A stretch of 64,000 nt of DNA from an uncultured Gammaproteobacteria bacterium (lineage in GTDB: Bacteria > Patescibacteriota > Microgenomatia > UBA10105 > UBA927), in the NCBI GenBank assembly GCA_964573695.1, contig CAZNKB010000005.1, positions 46,012 to 110,011 of the forward strand, in the 5' to 3' direction. A program made the translations under genes and the position numbers. This document shows, in pieces, positions 10,330 to 19,995 of this stretch (position 1 is the first letter of the stretch; each line of letters begins with the position of its first letter). The notes beneath the pieces are model-generated. The model was given only the letters and a program-made list of their open reading frames with translations, ran no database searches and was not told the DNA's origin.

Positions 10330-10953
10330 TTATACGTTGCGCTGCTTTCTGGTGGCTACACCCATGAGTGTGAACCAAAAAATGACGGGAACAGCGATCA
10401 TTTTCTGGAATATTCCGCGATACCCAAGTCCAATTCCCAAGACAAAAAACAGAAACCACGCGATGCTTGCTACAAAACACGCATAACCGATGACGGTCGT
10501 AAGTGTACTATACATTTTATAATGAGGCTCCGAAGCCAATATCCGGGCAAGCCGGCGGATACCGAGCGGGGAAGAAACGAGGAACAGAATAACCGCGCCC
10601 GCGTGCACGAGTCCCACCGGAGTGTAAAGAGATAGCCGGAGCGGCACGTTTTCTATAGGGTCGGTCGGCGCAAGGGCGGCAACGGTAAGAAATAAGCCAC
10701 AGAGGAAAAATATAGTGCGAGCAGCTACCCGGGACGATGATGTTTTGAGACTTTTGGATAGCGTATTGCCAAGAAGGGTGACGCCTGCGGCAAGCTGCAA
10801 AAAATTGAGTGACTGTATCCAGCCGTATTTTTCTATGGCGAGCCTACTTATCGTGTGGTTGATATGGTTGTAGCCCGGAGTCAAGAAACCAAGAATGACT
10901 ACCACGCAAGCAAACAATAGGGGACTTATCACCGGAAACGTCTGTATAAACAT
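10330..10953 (-). CDS. DUF998-like membrane protein
   Basis: PGYNHINHTISRL motif, 5 TM helices, GIFQK. Confidence 0.7.
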   Translation of the reverse strand: MFIQTFPVISPLLFACVVVILGFLTPGYNHINHTISRLAIEKYGWIQSLNFLQLAAGVTLLGNTLSKSLKTSSSRVAARTIFFLCGLFLTVAALAPTDPIENVPLRLSLYTPVGLVHAGAVILFLVSSPLGIRRLARILASEPHYKMYSTLTTVIGYACFVASIAWFLFFVLGIGLGYRGIFQKMIAVPVIFWFTLMGVATRKQRNV

Positions 10954-10969
10954 AGGCAGTGCGTGATTG

Positions 10970-12151
10970 TTAGATTAGGCGTTTACTGCGCATCTGGCGG
11001 TACGTCGCCTGTTTCTCAAAGAGAAGGGCCCCTGTGGCGATAAGGACAAAAACCGCTCTGGCAAGCCAGCCTAAGACCGGAATCATGGTGAATATCGCAA
11101 GCGCGATAAGCCCTACGAAAAGCTGCCACCCGCGGGCAACGTCAGCCTTAAAGCCGGTGAACACCTTTTCTCCGATATATACTGCCGCATAAATGTGCCC
11201 GACAACACAAAGCAGCGCGAGTGCCATAAAGAGAAACACTCCGACCGGGATGCCGACTACCGTCATCATGGCCATGACGGCTAGAATCGGCAACACGATT
11301 GTCGTGACGATAGCAAGCCCGAATGATCCCCAGGGATTTTTCTGCATTCCGCGGATCGTTCTATCGCTAAATGCAGGCAGTAAAGCCATAATGATCAGGC
11401 CCAATATAAACATCGCGATTACTCCGACAATCGCCATCATGATCGCCATGCCGGCAAACGCGACACTAAGCGCTTTGAGCCCCCCTTTGGCAACCTCTGC
11501 CTGTTTCGCTTCGTTTTTTGGCATTTCATGGTAGACAAGTTCGCCCGATAGCGCGACATTGTCGGCGATTGAAGCTTTTTGTTGACTCCAGTAGGTGATA
11601 TTGCCGGCAACTTTTGTTTTGGACTGCATAATGAACTCATCAGATGCGACAAGCATATCCCCGCCGACAGCGTCGTTTATAGTGAGGGATCCTGCTCCAG
11701 CAGTGATTCCTCGTCCGACCGGCGCGAAAACACCGATATTACCGGCTCCGGCCAACACGCTTCCGGCGATTTTGGCTTCCGGACTTATCATGACCGTGCC
11801 ACCACCCAGGGTGACGTTTCCTCCTACGGTACTTCCCAGCGTAAGCGAGCCGCCTACTACCCGGATGTCGTTTTTGACCGGTCCACTTATCTGTATGGTG
11901 CCTGCGGCCGCGATGAGGTCGCCATTAACAATTCCGTCAATCACGACGGAGCCCCCGGCGACATAGACATCTCCATTGACGGTTCCGGACACCCGGACAG
12001 TGTCACCTGCAGCGAAGTAGTCTTTGTTGATGACTTCTTTGCGTTCTAGTACTACGGAGTTTTGTTGAGGGGCGTCATCTGCGTGGGCTGCGCGCGCGAA
12101 AAATGTGACGGAAAGCAAGACGAGGACCAGAATTTTTGCAAATAATTTCAT
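10970..12151 (-). CDS. Secreted beta-helix (bactofilin-like repeats) plus multi-TM protein
   Basis: Signal peptide, repeated GxVxGD-type motifs, C-terminal TM bundle. Confidence 0.7.
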   Translation of the reverse strand: MKLFAKILVLVLLSVTFFARAAHADDAPQQNSVVLERKEVINKDYFAAGDTVRVSGTVNGDVYVAGGSVVIDGIVNGDLIAAAGTIQISGPVKNDIRVVGGSLTLGSTVGGNVTLGGGTVMISPEAKIAGSVLAGAGNIGVFAPVGRGITAGAGSLTINDAVGGDMLVASDEFIMQSKTKVAGNITYWSQQKASIADNVALSGELVYHEMPKNEAKQAEVAKGGLKALSVAFAGMAIMMAIVGVIAMFILGLIIMALLPAFSDRTIRGMQKNPWGSFGLAIVTTIVLPILAVMAMMTVVGIPVGVFLFMALALLCVVGHIYAAVYIGEKVFTGFKADVARGWQLFVGLIALAIFTMIPVLGWLARAVFVLIATGALLFEKQATYRQMRSKRLI

Positions 12152-12296
12152 ATGAACCCCTCTCTATATTTCACGATACACAATGTGAAAACTATTGTAA
12201 ATAGCCTTATATGATCTAAGGGCACATCCGGGGTGAACGGCTGTTACGATTTTGGGCAGTGTAACAATTACTATCCGGTTTTGATACAATTTGCAG

Positions 12297-13271
12297 ATGA
12301 TTTGGAACACGTTACCACGTCCGTTTCTCATGCTCGCCCCACTTGAAGGAGTAGCAGACACGGTGTTTCGGCAGATCGTCGCCTCTACGGCCAAGCCGGA
12401 TGTTTTTGTAACCGAATTTACATCCGCTGACGGATTTTGTTCGCCTGGGAGAAAAGCGGTGGAGGAAAACTTCGTATTTACCCCCGTGGAACAGCCGATT
12501 ATCGCCCAAATATGGGGTCAGAATCCGGAAACGATCTACGAAACCGCCAAAACGGTTGCCGGCATGGGATTTGCCGGCATAGACATAAATATGGGATGCC
12601 CGGACAGAACGGTTATGGCTCATGGCGGTGGTGCCGCGATGATAGATACGCCGGACATTGCGGCCAAGGTAATCGCCGCGGCAAAAGCCGGCATACAGGA
12701 TAGCGGCACAGAAATTCCGCTGAGTGTGAAAACGCGTATCGGAATCAGACGAATACTCACCGAATCCTGGATCAGTTTTTTGCTGGAACAGGACATTAGC
12801 GCGTTAGCGGTGCATGGCAGAACTGCCGCAGAATTATCCAAAGTTCCGGCCCACTGGGATGAAATCGCAAAAGCAGTATCTATCCGTGACGCGATGAAGA
12901 TAAAAACGGTGATAGTGGGCAACGGAGACGTAAGAGACGCCAAAGACGCTCAGGAGAAACAGAGAAGATATGGCGTGGACGGGGTGATGATCGGCAGAGG
13001 TATATTTGCCAACCCTTGGGCATTTGACCGGGCAGAAAATCCACACACGGCAACACCGTCGGAATTGTTAGATGTCATGGAGCGGCATATTAGGTTATTT
13101 GCCAAAACTTGGGGGGAAAGGAAAAATTACGCGACGCTCAAAAAATTCTATAAAATATACGTGAATGGATTTCATGGCGCGACGGAGTGGCGTGTTCGGG
13201 CCATGGCGACAAAAAATTCCGAAGAAATACTGCATATGTTGCCTGAGCTTCGGTTGAAAGCCCGACTGTAA
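12297..13271 (+). CDS. dus: tRNA-dihydrouridine synthase
   Basis: LAPLEG, DINMGCP, VHGRT, GNGDV, GVMIGRG. Confidence 0.93.
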   Translation: MIWNTLPRPFLMLAPLEGVADTVFRQIVASTAKPDVFVTEFTSADGFCSPGRKAVEENFVFTPVEQPIIAQIWGQNPETIYETAKTVAGMGFAGIDINMGCPDRTVMAHGGGAAMIDTPDIAAKVIAAAKAGIQDSGTEIPLSVKTRIGIRRILTESWISFLLEQDISALAVHGRTAAELSKVPAHWDEIAKAVSIRDAMKIKTVIVGNGDVRDAKDAQEKQRRYGVDGVMIGRGIFANPWAFDRAENPHTATPSELLDVMERHIRLFAKTWGERKNYATLKKFYKIYVNGFHGATEWRVRAMATKNSEEILHMLPELRLKARL

Positions 13272-13290
13272 CCAATGATACAATGGTTAC

Positions 13291-14004
13291 ATGATACGAA
13301 AAGACGATGTCCTGCAGTATGCGTTTTCCGCGTTGTTTTCCCTTTTGCTTATTCTTGGTCTTTATGCCGTAGAGTCGTATACTTCCGGAGAATCAGGGCT
13401 GTCCGTATTGAATGTGAGTTTGGCGGCAGGGACACTTTTTCTCCTTGGGTTCGTTCTTCTCTTAGGGCCTCTTTCGCGAATGTTTGCCGTATTTGATTGG
13501 GCGTTTAAATATCGCAAAGAACTTGGCATCATGGCATTTATAACCGCGACTGTCCATGTGTATCTTGCCATGTTTCCGCTTGCCAGAAATGGTCCGTGGG
13601 GACTGTACCGGGCGAGGCCTTTTTCCGCCTATCCGGGACTCGAGGCGCTTATAGTGCTGCTTGTCCTTTTTCTGTTGTCTTCAAATTGGGCGACAAAGAT
13701 GTTGGGAGCCAAACTTTGGTGGCAGATACAGTATTGGGGAGCGAGACTTGCGTTTGTATTGGTTTGTGCACACGTCATTATCCTCAAGTACAAAACGATA
13801 ATGCTCTGGGTGATCCCGGGGAGCGAGACGGTAATTTCGGGTGTGTATGCGCCTCCGCTTGTCGTATGGGAGGCGCAGTTTATCCTGCTTGTATTTGTGA
13901 TCCGCCTGTCGGAACTCTTCGGTCCCAAGGCATCACGGATCATCACTCAGGTTGCCACAGCAAGCGTGCTTTCTGTCATTGTCTGGTCGACTTTTTTGCG
14001 ATAG
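13291..14004 (+). CDS. Ferric reductase-like transmembrane protein (MsrQ-like)
   Basis: YRKELGI and heme-ligand His residues (VHVY, AHV), LGAKLWWQIQ. Confidence 0.7.
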   Translation: MIRKDDVLQYAFSALFSLLLILGLYAVESYTSGESGLSVLNVSLAAGTLFLLGFVLLLGPLSRMFAVFDWAFKYRKELGIMAFITATVHVYLAMFPLARNGPWGLYRARPFSAYPGLEALIVLLVLFLLSSNWATKMLGAKLWWQIQYWGARLAFVLVCAHVIILKYKTIMLWVIPGSETVISGVYAPPLVVWEAQFILLVFVIRLSELFGPKASRIITQVATASVLSVIVWSTFLR

Positions 14005-14064
14005 GGAGTATCTGGCGGGGTAGAACATCCTTGCATTCTGGTTTCGGTGGTGTATGATAGCTAT

Positions 14065-14337
14065 ATGTTGGATCACATGATCCGTCATCATAAGTTATTC
14101 TTCGTTTACCTCATTCTTTTCTTTTTCGTCGGGGCTGTCGATATATTTAACCTCGACCGGCTGACCTACAAAGCAGTATGCGATATGGTATCTCCCGTGT
14201 CCGGCAGTCCGTGCCCGCCGTTTTATGACATCCCGATCTGGAACGTGTATCTTTCGCTTGCCGTGCTTGCGGGACTATATCATGTCCATGACGAGATTCG
14301 CACGTCAAACAAACATCTGTCCTCGCATAAGCACTGA
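14065..14337 (+). CDS. Small membrane protein
   Basis: Two TM segments with a Cys pair in the loop. Confidence 0.55.
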   Translation: MLDHMIRHHKLFFVYLILFFFVGAVDIFNLDRLTYKAVCDMVSPVSGSPCPPFYDIPIWNVYLSLAVLAGLYHVHDEIRTSNKHLSSHKH

Positions 14338-14345
14338 TTATTCCT

Positions 14346-14861
14346 ATGGAAGAAAAACCTCTGGGTAGTGTCACCAAGAAGAAAGTCGGTTGCGGACCGG
14401 CAATTATTTTCGGCATTATCCTGGTACTTTTGATAGGTGTCGGATCCAATGAAGCACTTGGGCATTATATGTCCGAATGTCGCGATGCAGAAGATATCAT
14501 GGATTGTATGCTTGATTGGTCAGAGGAGCCGGTACCGGAAGGATCCGCGACAGCCACAGGAACATATACGTATCAGGATTACAGCGTTACCCTTGTTTTA
14601 CATATTCCCCTCGAAGGGGGAGCAGTTACCGGTACGATTTCGGGAGCGTGCGACGGCACGGCGAAGGGTACGTATAACGGACAAGACAACGGGGCGATTA
14701 CCGGAACAATCTCTGGCGCATGTGACCCGTTTTTTGTGAAGGTACCGGCGAGCGCGACGTATAACGGGGTGGTAAACAAAGGTACGAAAGCCGTTCCTAT
14801 TAGTTTTACCGGCCAGGGAGCTGGGGTTACCCACGACGGCTCCATGTCTCTCTCATACTAA
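14346..14861 (+). CDS. Hypothetical membrane-anchored beta-rich protein
   Basis: N-terminal TM helix; internal repeat GAVTGTISGACD / GAITGTISGACD. Confidence 0.6.
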   Translation: MEEKPLGSVTKKKVGCGPAIIFGIILVLLIGVGSNEALGHYMSECRDAEDIMDCMLDWSEEPVPEGSATATGTYTYQDYSVTLVLHIPLEGGAVTGTISGACDGTAKGTYNGQDNGAITGTISGACDPFFVKVPASATYNGVVNKGTKAVPISFTGQGAGVTHDGSMSLSY

Positions 14862-14864
14862 CCC

Positions 14865-14887
14865 CTTCACACCTCCGATGTGTGAAG
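14865..14887. terminator. Hairpin between convergent genes
   Basis: CTTCACAC-7nt-GTGTGAAG. Confidence 0.45.
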
Positions 14888-15112
14888 CTAGACTCCCTTG
14901 ATTTCTAACCGTTTGTTTTTCGATTTATGGCCGGAAAGGAGGGTGACGGCATTTTTCTTTATCCCGAAGTGTAAAGCAAGCGCTTCTATCACCGCTTGAT
15001 TAGCTCGGTCTTCTAATGGCGGCGCGTTCACGTACACATGCAGCATGCCGGTCAGGTCTTCTTCTATCCTCGGGCGTTTGTTATTTGGGTGCGTGATGAC
15101 GGAGATAGTCAT
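14888..15112 (-). CDS. DUF167 (YggU-like) protein
   Basis: VNAPPLEDRANQAV...LLSGHKSKNK; coupled to the RuBisCO stop. Confidence 0.85.
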   Translation of the reverse strand: MTISVITHPNNKRPRIEEDLTGMLHVYVNAPPLEDRANQAVIEALALHFGIKKNAVTLLSGHKSKNKRLEIKGV

Positions 15113-16350
15113 TTCATCCACTTTTCCAGTGCGCGCTTGAGTTCAGGACTGTCTTTGGCTTCCGCAAGCGGAATTCCTGTGAGCGTTGCTTTGAGTGACT
15201 GGACGATCGCGCGTGCTCCCGCCGGGGTGCCGTCCGGATGACCGTGGATGCCGCCGCCGAAATTCATAAGCAGGTCTTTGCCCAGGATAGCCACAAGATC
15301 GGGAATATGCCCCGGGTGCAGTCCGCCGGAGGCGGTGGGGAGCGTCGTTTTGAGTCCGTACCATTCGCTTCTTAGGAAATCGTTGATTGCGACTACTTCC
15401 TCTTTGCCGCCTTCCATTTTGCCGACGACCGTTCCCGTGTGGAACGAGTCGATGCCCGCAAGTCTCGCGAGTTTCGCAATCACGAGCATGGAAATGCCGT
15501 ACTGGCGGGAGCGGGTAAATGCAGCGTGCATTGCCCGATGCCCATGGATCATGAGTCCATAATTCCGGTTGCGTATGCCTTGGGTTGCTGCAAATCCAGC
15601 GGTGAGTACATCGATCATCAGGCAGTTGGCGCCACTATCCCGCACATAATTTGCGCGTTTCATCATTTCTTCGTAGCTTGCCGTGATATTGAATGCATGT
15701 ACTTTGGCGTTACCGATTTCGAGATAGTTTTTTTCCTTCATGCGGCTGGTAACTTCGTCTACGCGTGTGTAAAAATTATCAAATGTCATGTTGGCAAGAT
15801 TCTCGTCGTCTTTCACCAGATTTACGCCGTTGTCCCATACTTCCATACATGCCTGTGCGTGGCGGACACTGGTAAGTCCCAATTTGGGTTTGATAATGGA
15901 GCCGGTGAGCGGACCGTCTTTGACTCCCGTAAGGTTACGTATGCCCTCGATGCCCAAAGCAGGGCCAGGAAACGCCTTGACAAACACTTCCGGAAATTCC
16001 AGGTCTTCGAGCCGGAGCCCCACGATTTCCTTTAGCCCGAATACATTGCCCGTTATGGAAGAGAGAAGCTGCGGAATACTTCCTGCCTCAAATAAGTCCA
16101 GTGGGTAGGCGATAGTAATCGAGCCGGATGTTTCGTCCATGGCAATTACCTTGGCATGAAGTTTGTCCCATATCTTTTTTTCCTCAAGTCCTATGTCCGT
16201 CCATGTGCCGACAGAGGATTCTGCAGCCACTCCGCCTGCTGTTTTGTCAAACGGCTCGCCCTCGACCTTGAGTGTAAAGGTAGCGATGATGTGTTTCGTC
16301 TTATCGACAGGCTCGTTAAGGGCGAGATAATGGATATACCGATTTGCCAT
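15109..16350 (-). CDS. rbcL: RuBisCO large subunit, form III-like
   Basis: AAESSVGTW, GNVFG, IKPKLG, KDDEN carbamylation motif, HGHRAMH, loop-6 GKM, SGGLH, GGGIHGHP. Confidence 0.93.
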   Translation of the reverse strand: MANRYIHYLALNEPVDKTKHIIATFTLKVEGEPFDKTAGGVAAESSVGTWTDIGLEEKKIWDKLHAKVIAMDETSGSITIAYPLDLFEAGSIPQLLSSITGNVFGLKEIVGLRLEDLEFPEVFVKAFPGPALGIEGIRNLTGVKDGPLTGSIIKPKLGLTSVRHAQACMEVWDNGVNLVKDDENLANMTFDNFYTRVDEVTSRMKEKNYLEIGNAKVHAFNITASYEEMMKRANYVRDSGANCLMIDVLTAGFAATQGIRNRNYGLMIHGHRAMHAAFTRSRQYGISMLVIAKLARLAGIDSFHTGTVVGKMEGGKEEVVAINDFLRSEWYGLKTTLPTASGGLHPGHIPDLVAILGKDLLMNFGGGIHGHPDGTPAGARAIVQSLKATLTGIPLAEAKDSPELKRALEKWMK

Positions 16351-17251
16351 AGTGCAGATATCTATCATACCCCGTATCGAATATAAAAGGGTAGTGTTTG
16401 TTTGCGGCTTTTTTGATCTGTTTGCCCGTTAAGATTCCGGCTTCACAGATCACGCGGACATTACTCATGTAAGGCACATAATCGAAAGCAGGTGAATAAA
16501 ATTTAAGTGTTGTCGGCGCTGCTTCCCAAATTTCCTCAGAGCTTCTTGTTTCGATCATCGTAGGAGAAAATGGTGCAGGGTCATACTTGAGGAGCGTCGT
16601 GAGCACGTATACGGGGATATGTTTGCGTTTGGCAGCAGCCGTGACGGCAAGTGAGCCGATTTTGTTTACAAATCCCTTGTCATTTATAAGGTCCGCTCCG
16701 ATAAATACGGCATCTATTTTACCGACACGTCCCTCTATGAGAGAAACAGCCACGTCATCCACAGTCATGATGACGTCGTCAAAGCCGGCAGCCAAAAGTT
16801 CCGAAGCGGTGACTCTTCCTTGGAATCGCGGCCGGGTTTCGGCAACGTACAGAGAGAAATACGCACCCCGTTTTCGCGCGGCTTCAAACAGACGCACCGT
16901 GGTCGAGGAGTGGCAGAGAGTAAGATACACGCCGCCGTCGACTAAGAGTGGCACACCTACTTGCGGGATCGATAGTTTCCCTTTTTCTATATATATTTTG
17001 TATTCGGCGATACGTTTTTTGGCGTCCGCTGTGCATCCGCTGCTCACATACCGGACGGCGTTTTGCGCGAGCGGTTCCGTGGGACGGGCATAGGCCAGTG
17101 CCTCGCCAAGCCTCGTAAGTTCATAGCACGAAATTTCCGGCTGATCTTTGATCGCTTGACTGAGCGCGTCTAGGACGGCGATTGCGACATTGGTCGCTCC
17201 CTGTATCTTGAGGCTTTTGATGTCGGCAAGTATCTGGTCTTGGGGCAGCAT
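16316..17251 (-). CDS. Ribose-1,5-bisphosphate isomerase (eIF-2B family)
   Basis: KIQGA, ARPTEP, TLCHSS, ETRP, GAD, NKIGS; adjacent to RuBisCO. Confidence 0.85.
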   Translation of the reverse strand: MLPQDQILADIKSLKIQGATNVAIAVLDALSQAIKDQPEISCYELTRLGEALAYARPTEPLAQNAVRYVSSGCTADAKKRIAEYKIYIEKGKLSIPQVGVPLLVDGGVYLTLCHSSTTVRLFEAARKRGAYFSLYVAETRPRFQGRVTASELLAAGFDDVIMTVDDVAVSLIEGRVGKIDAVFIGADLINDKGFVNKIGSLAVTAAAKRKHIPVYVLTTLLKYDPAPFSPTMIETRSSEEIWEAAPTTLKFYSPAFDYVPYMSNVRVICEAGILTGKQIKKAANKHYPFIFDTGYDRYLHYGKSVYPLSRP

Positions 17252-17334
17252 AGGGTTGCAACGTTATTGTAGACCGAAAAAATCTTCGGGGCAATCAGCG
17301 GTAGAATATTATTGGCGTCTGTGTAATGGGCGTC

Positions 17335-17649
17335 TTATTCTCCTGGAAATTTGAGGACGCCAGTAATAAATAAATCAATGCTGTGAAGCAACTGAAGCTG
17401 TGTTTCTCTTTGCCCCTTGAGTGGATCTCTTTTTCTATTATCCTGTCGCAGCTTTTGGATTTGTCTTTGATCCATTGACAGAACAGTTGTCACAATTTCT
17501 TCGAATTCGGATCTTGAATGACCCCATTGGCTTGCCCATGCTATTTTTGCTGGGGTCAGGAAGTGTGTCTGAAGGCGATCACGGTTAGCGTGAATAAAGC
17601 TAAGTTCGTCGTCTACGCTAATTCGTCGTGGTCTGTGGGACTCATTCAT
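17335..17649 (-). CDS. Hypothetical protein
   Basis: 104-aa ORF with an upstream TATAAT; no motif recognised. Confidence 0.45.
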   Translation of the reverse strand: MNESHRPRRISVDDELSFIHANRDRLQTHFLTPAKIAWASQWGHSRSEFEEIVTTVLSMDQRQIQKLRQDNRKRDPLKGQRETQLQLLHSIDLFITGVLKFPGE

Positions 17650-17725
17650 TTCACGATAATTATAGCATTAAGGGGTATTTGGACAATTGTTCCACCCATA
17701 CTTGGGGTGTGGATACGTTTAACAC

Positions 17726-17744
17726 ATGATACAATCTTGGAATG
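17726..17744 (+). promoter_or_regulatory. Native ychF extended -10 promoter and original start codon, stranded at attL
   Basis: TGA-TACAAT-N6-ATG, then AAT TTA AAA ATC GG (M-N-L-K-I-G), which matches the YchF N-terminus. Confidence 0.7.
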
Positions 17745-17784
17745 AATTTAAAAATCGGGATGCCACGACTTCTACTCGACATAA
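17731..17784 (+). other. attL of the ychF-integrated element (crossover GG at 17757-17758)
   Basis: Host ychF codons 1-6 on the left; 26-bp attP arm ending CTCGACATAA on the right. Confidence 0.85.
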
Positions 17785-17920
17785 CAGCCTCCCGTTTGAT
17801 TTGAAAATTAGACTACCTCCTCCCTGTAAGTCGAGAATTATTAATCAACGATTAGGTAATGGGCGAATAGTTAGCGCTGTGGTTCTTGAAGGTGAGCATT
17901 TATCCATTTCTGATTTTTAA
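17759..17920 (+). other. Detached 3' segment of the LSR gene (53 codons plus stop), joined only in the excised circle
   Basis: In frame with LSR codon 524 across the GG crossover and open for 53 codons. Confidence 0.7.
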
Positions 17921-18204
17921 TCAGTGCTTAGCAGGATTATAGGGATTAGATTGAGAAGGGTTAATTGCTTTCTTAGTTTGAATGTCGAATTGTAATCTTG
18001 TTGTTGTCTGATTTGAGATACTAGCGTTAGTACTCCCTTTAATTAATCCAACAACCTGAACACCGCCATCAACTCCTAGATTTTCATTAGCTATTACAGC
18101 TACATCAAATGAATTGTTCCTCTAACGCCAATAACTGAAGGCGACTCTGTTACCGCTTCATCTAAGTCTTTTACAGGTTCCTTAATGAAATTTTTTAGTT
18201 TCAT
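17921..18204 (-). pseudogene. Frameshifted ~94-aa protein resembling Trypco2-type small beta proteins
   Basis: MKLKNFIKE...GTIH then a shifted frame FDVAV..GGVQV..TRLQFDI; 284 bp, one base short of 95 codons. Confidence 0.55.
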
Positions 18205-18268
18205 TTTAGCCTATTAGAATAGTCTAAATGCAATAGTTGACGGTCTGTGAGATAATCTAAATAGGTAT

Positions 18269-18733
18269 ATGAGTAAATCACAACAATTATTATACTATAT
18301 CATTAAACAGAAACGCGTTGTTGAGGATAAGACTAAATTAGCAAAGATACAATATTTTGTTGATTTTATTCATTATGCCTTTCATAGCAATCCGGTATCT
18401 GACGAATCATTAGTTTACACTCGCCAAAAACAGGGTCCTTTGGCAAGGACTTTCGGTCAAGATATAGAGATGTTAAAAGATGCCGGATTTATTAAAGAGA
18501 GTCCGAAATATAATTATCAGGTGGCAAAAGACATTGATACCGATTTGACACCAGAAGAAAAAAAGACCGTTAAATTTGTTCTGAATAAATATGGTCAACT
18601 ATCATATAAGGAACTGATGGATATTTGTCATAATCAGGAACCATATTTATCTACACAGGATGGAGGTATAATTGAATATTTTACGGCATATAACCTCGTA
18701 GATTCATATCCCGATTATGCAGCCGCAAGTTAA
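18269..18733 (+). CDS. Panacea (DUF4065/SocA-like) antitoxin
   Basis: KLAKIQYFVDFIHY, YTRQKQGPL, ELMDICHNQEP pattern. Confidence 0.8.
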   Translation: MSKSQQLLYYIIKQKRVVEDKTKLAKIQYFVDFIHYAFHSNPVSDESLVYTRQKQGPLARTFGQDIEMLKDAGFIKESPKYNYQVAKDIDTDLTPEEKKTVKFVLNKYGQLSYKELMDICHNQEPYLSTQDGGIIEYFTAYNLVDSYPDYAAAS

Positions 18734-19148
18734 TGTATGCCCCCGTTTTTGGAGAGATATAAAGGATTTGTATAAACATACAAAATTTCGCTACCTTCAA
18801 ACCACGCTTAATTTAGAACAGTTTGAGAGTTCAGATGATGAGATCAAGCTAAATTCAATACCTTATGTACATGCAATTTCGAATACAATTATTAATAAAT
18901 TGCCTGATAATCTTGATGATATTTCAGATCAATATGATCGTCAACATTTGTTACACCACGGTTGGGTAATTCGAAAAATGAGATACGCTCTTAATAATAA
19001 GGGAAAAAGTGATGGAGTCAGAATAATATTCTGCGTGAATAGTATACATATAATATACGTATATATTAATCAAAAAAATTTATGCGCGGATGAACGAAAG
19101 ATGGAAGCTGAATTCATGTCGAGAATTAATTCGTACCTCAATATTTAG
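18717..19148 (+). CDS. RelE/ParE-like toxin candidate
   Basis: IRKMR...GKSDGVRIIF motif; overlaps the antitoxin stop. Confidence 0.65.
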   Translation: MQPQVNVCPRFWRDIKDLYKHTKFRYLQTTLNLEQFESSDDEIKLNSIPYVHAISNTIINKLPDNLDDISDQYDRQHLLHHGWVIRKMRYALNNKGKSDGVRIIFCVNSIHIIYVYINQKNLCADERKMEAEFMSRINSYLNI

Positions 19149-19182
19149 TTGTTAATAGACTTCAAGAGTTATAATACCCCTT

Positions 19183-19995
19183 ATGCCTATCATTATTGCT
19201 ATAGTTGCTTACGCAATTTTATTCATCAGTGGCACTGCAGTCTCATACAACCTACCAAAACCCACTCCTGCTCCAACACTAATTTCATCACCTACAACAA
19301 TACAGCTACCGGTGACTCCCATCCACACAATAGCAGATCGTAAACTAAACAAAGTATTAAAAGTTATAGACGGTGACACAGTCAATGTTGAAATTGGGGG
19401 AAAAAGCCAGACAATACGGCTTATTGGTATAGATTCTCCCGAAACTGTTGATCCTAGAAAACCTGTGCAGTGCTTTGGTAAAGAAGCTTCAAATAAAGCA
19501 AAAGAGTTACTTACTGAGAAAAGTGTAAATCTTGAAGCTGATCCAACTCAGGGAGATAAAGACAAGTATGATCGGTTACTTCGATATATTTATTTAGAAA
19601 ATGGGATGAGTGTAAACAAATACATGATTAGTGAAGGGTATGCTCACGAATACACCTATCAAAATAATCCGTATAAATATCAGGCTGAATATATCAGAGC
19701 TGAACAATCGGCAAGAGAGGGTAAGAAAGGTTTATGGGCGGACAATGCGTGTCTCACACCCACGCCTACGATAAAACCTGCATCAGTGCAGATAATTTCT
19801 ACGATCAATCCTACTGTCGCAACGTATGTTCAGCCTGTGACGCAGCCAAATACAGGTAGTTATTCATGTAACTGTAGTAGAAACTGTGATGCAATAGCTT
19901 CTTGTGAAGAGGCATATTTTCAACTTAACCAATGTGGATGTTCAAAAAGAGATGGTGATAGCGATGGAGTGCCTTGTGAAAGTATTTGTAATTAA
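19183..19995 (+). CDS. Secreted thermonuclease (SNase) with C-terminal Excalibur-like Ca-binding domain
   Basis: VIDGDT, IRLIGIDSPE, DKYDRLLRY, KKGLW; RDGDSDGVPCE. Confidence 0.9.
   Translation: MPIIIAIVAYAILFISGTAVSYNLPKPTPAPTLISSPTTIQLPVTPIHTIADRKLNKVLKVIDGDTVNVEIGGKSQTIRLIGIDSPETVDPRKPVQCFGKEASNKAKELLTEKSVNLEADPTQGDKDKYDRLLRYIYLENGMSVNKYMISEGYAHEYTYQNNPYKYQAEYIRAEQSAREGKKGLWADNACLTPTPTIKPASVQIISTINPTVATYVQPVTQPNTGSYSCNCSRNCDAIASCEEAYFQLNQCGCSKRDGDSDGVPCESICN

Noticed and set aside
15109-17251. Form IV RuBisCO-like protein with methionine-salvage MtnA, or a Calvin cycle
   Set aside because: Carboxylase motifs are intact, the isomerase has R15Pi-type CHS/RPTEP motifs, and there is no rbcS or PRK in the window
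17760-17761. AT as the crossover dinucleotide (also shared by both junctions)
   Set aside because: Only GG centres the terminal inverted repeat and gives equal 26-bp arms
17726-17920. 64-aa ORF as a stand-alone gene
   Set aside because: It crosses the attL junction; its start lies in the host ychF promoter and its 3' part is better explained as the LSR tail
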